64,000 nt of DNA from positions 184,514,001-184,578,000 of the forward strand of contig NC_058368.1 in assembly GCF_018350175.1 (NCBI RefSeq), given 5' to 3'. The stretch's first letter is position 1, and every line of letters starts with the position of its first letter. Origin of the DNA: Felis catus (lineage: Eukaryota). This document shows positions 61,520 through 64,000 of the stretch, piece after piece. A program made the position numbers and the translations under genes. The notes beneath the pieces were generated by a model. The model made no database searches, had not been told where the DNA came from, and was given only the letters and a program-made list of their open reading frames with translations.

Positions 61520-61765
61520 AACATGCGTTGTTAAGATTTGGACTTCTCTGAACTAAACTCTCTAGATTCAAATCCTGATTCACTAGCTGTATGAGCTTGC
61601 AGAAGTTTCTTAACCTAGCAAAACTTCTGTGTCTCTACCTATAAATTGGAGTTGATAATATTTACTTAACCATGTTGTCAGAATTGAATAGATTATGGAA
61701 GCGAGTAACAAAACATATCTAACAGCTCACCAAATGACAGCTACTCAATTCATCATTACTTCTTA
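61520..61765 (+). mobile_element. MIR
   Basis: TTCAAATCCTG...ACTAGCTGT...CCTATAAATTGGAG. Confidence 0.7.
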
Positions 61766-61789
61766 CCATAGGGAATACTAAAGAAATAA

Positions 61790-61975
61790 TAACAATAACA
61801 ATAATAGCTATTATACATTGAACTACTAAGAGCCAAGGGCTGTTTAATCTTCCTGACATCCTAATGAGGAAGGCACTATTATCATTTCTGCTTTAAAGAT
61901 AAGAAAACTCTCTAGCACAGAGAAATGAAATAATTGCAGAGGGCTGCGCAACCAACAAGTGAAAGTCATCTGAAA
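61790..61975 (-). mobile_element. MIR
   Basis: ATAATAGCTA...TAATCTTC...AGATAAGAAAACT. Confidence 0.65.
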
Positions 61976-62249
61976 CATGTTAGGAAAATTGTCTTCCCAG
62001 GGAGCTCTCTAGCTCGTAGGATCAACTTGTTCTCTTCTTTAACAAACAAAAAATAATAGTGTATTCCCAGCTTCTCTTAAGAGGCATCATGCCATTTCTA
62101 AATTTGTTTAAACTCTCTTAATGTTCATTTATGTCTTCTGCCTCAGCTATCTTCTAGTGATTTATAGTGCTTTCTTTCATTTTTTTCCACACTTACTTCA
62201 CTCAAATTACACATAATATTTCCTTGGGCTGATATTTCCAGATTTAGAC

Positions 62250-62395
62250 AGAAAGTCAATTTGCTCCTTCCAGTAATGGCTCTAACTCTAGCTTTGTGCA
62301 GTAACCCCTTGTCCCAGTCCTTTACTAGTTCATTTTTTAAGTGGTATTCTTTTTGAGAAGTTATGACTAGAATTACACCCAGTATTTCAGGATAA
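62250..62395 (-). mobile_element. CR1/L3-like fragment
   Basis: AGAATTACACCCAGTATTTCAGG motif. Confidence 0.4.
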
Positions 62396-64000
62396 TTTGG
62401 AAGGTGTGTTGAGTCTGGTTTTTAGTACCTTTTTTTGTTTTTAAATAAGGTTCTCAAGAACCTTCGAATATAGGCAAGAAGAGACATTAATACATTGACA
62501 TAATGCTTGCTGAATGATATAAATGTATTTTATGCTGTTCCCAAACCCACAATACCCTTCCTTTTTCCCTACTTACCTAAATGCCATACATTCTTCCTGT
62601 GGGATGAACAAGATTTTCAAAGAAAGCAGTGGAAAAAGTTAGTGAATATTATAGACCATGGAACGGCATGAAACTGTGCATCTAGAAGTGGCTGACTGCT
62701 CATCATTGTCTTGCAGGCTGTTAATGAGGGTGCTACAAACATCCTGTAGTTCAAACATGCTGAATAAAGGCTAAATTCAACAGAGTAAAAGGGTTTTTTT
62801 ACATTGTTGTTGTTTTTTTAACACGACAGGAATTTTCAGAGCTTTCAGTATGCTGCTGCATGTTGTGAAACTCCAAGGAGGGAAAGGTATAACATTTCAC
62901 AAACATATGTGACCATGGAATTCTAGTTCATACATTCTAGTTCATACATATTCTATAGTATGCTATAGAATAAGTGTGGAAACACTTAAAAAATCATCCA
63001 TGGAGGTAAAACAAGCATTATTTGTTTAGTGGAAAAAAGAAAATCAGCAAAGCTTAATTAGAGCATCTATCATGAGGATCCCTAGATTCTGACAGGTGGA
63101 GGGTAGGGAGTAAGACCCAGCAAAGGGATTTAATCTCAATGTCATATGAACTAAGAGTTAATTTTCATGGAGTATACTATTATAAGTATTCAGTCATGTA
63201 AAGATAAATGAGTTTAGCTATAGTACAAAATTCACATTCAAGATCGGCTTTGCTTAGCAAAATAGAGCTGCTAGCATACAACTATTGCTTTGCATGGTAC
63301 AAACACAAAATAAAAAACATGAGCCTTATGCCATCATTAATTTCCTACTTTGCACAAAATTCTATAAATTAAATTGACACCCAGAAAAAAAAACTGGTTG
63401 TCTGTTCAATGGAAATTTACATTATGACTTTATTCAGAAAGGTTGAGGTATAAATTAAGTTTTCAAATCATCAAATGATTACTTTTTATTGTTTTCTGAA
63501 AATGAACCAAAAAGACATGTATGACAGAAAACTTTCCAAGTTGTCATCCTTAGTGTAAGTTTATCATTCCAAAATCAAAAAAAAAAAAAAAATAGGTATG
63601 TAAGATAATCTTGTTATTTAAAGACTTGGAGTTAAATCTCATATGAAATAGCTAAAGTGGAGAATGGAAAATGATGTAGGGGCAGGAAGCTGGTAGGGAA
63701 GGTGCAGGGAACAGCTATTTCTAGCTGTCTTTTAGTAGTGTTTGATGTTTGAATACTTGTGTAAATTACTTTGTCAAAAAAATCAAATACTTTTTACAAA
63801 GAGTACATACCTTTGCCACTTAATGCTCACTTACTAAAATAAACAAGTGCAGAAATAAATATTTAACTGGAGGATAATAAGGCTACAAATAATGGCTAAC
63901 ACTGATGTGGAGCCTACTTAAAGTTTGATTACTAATAAAATATCCACACTCTATTTACCAAGCAAAGTAGAGAGTTTAAAATAAAGTTGATGAAAGTAGT

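Noticed and set aside
1..64000. Prokaryotic-type systems (CRISPR array, operons, defence islands)
   Set aside because: No regular repeat-spacer array or gene-dense ORFs; SINE/L1 content shows mammalian DNA.

Overview
AT-rich mammalian genomic DNA from a feliform carnivore (Fc-type Can-SINEs, carnivore L1s). It is heavily filled with L1, L2, MIR, MaLR/ERV LTRs and hAT remnants. I see no intact host protein-coding gene, and no prokaryotic or CRISPR content. Most ORF-track entries are L1 fragments, SINE or microsatellite artefacts. The main signal is in the non-repeat DNA between ~600 and ~47,900. On the minus strand it reads as the decayed, exon-structured remnant of a large secreted extracellular-matrix-type gene. 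In 5'->3' order: TATA plus signal-peptide exon, a NIDO-like domain, several EGF-like repeats, then roughly 20 fibronectin type III (FN3)-like repeats that probably continue off the left edge. Many splice sites survive, but there are many stops and frameshifts. Ancient L1 and LTR elements sit inside four reconstructed exons, suggesting a unitary pseudogene lost early in eutherian evolution. All domain calls come from manual translation and remembered consensus motifs and need frameshift-aware HMM/tblastn confirmation. Repeat subfamily names are from memory, and many boundaries are approximate.
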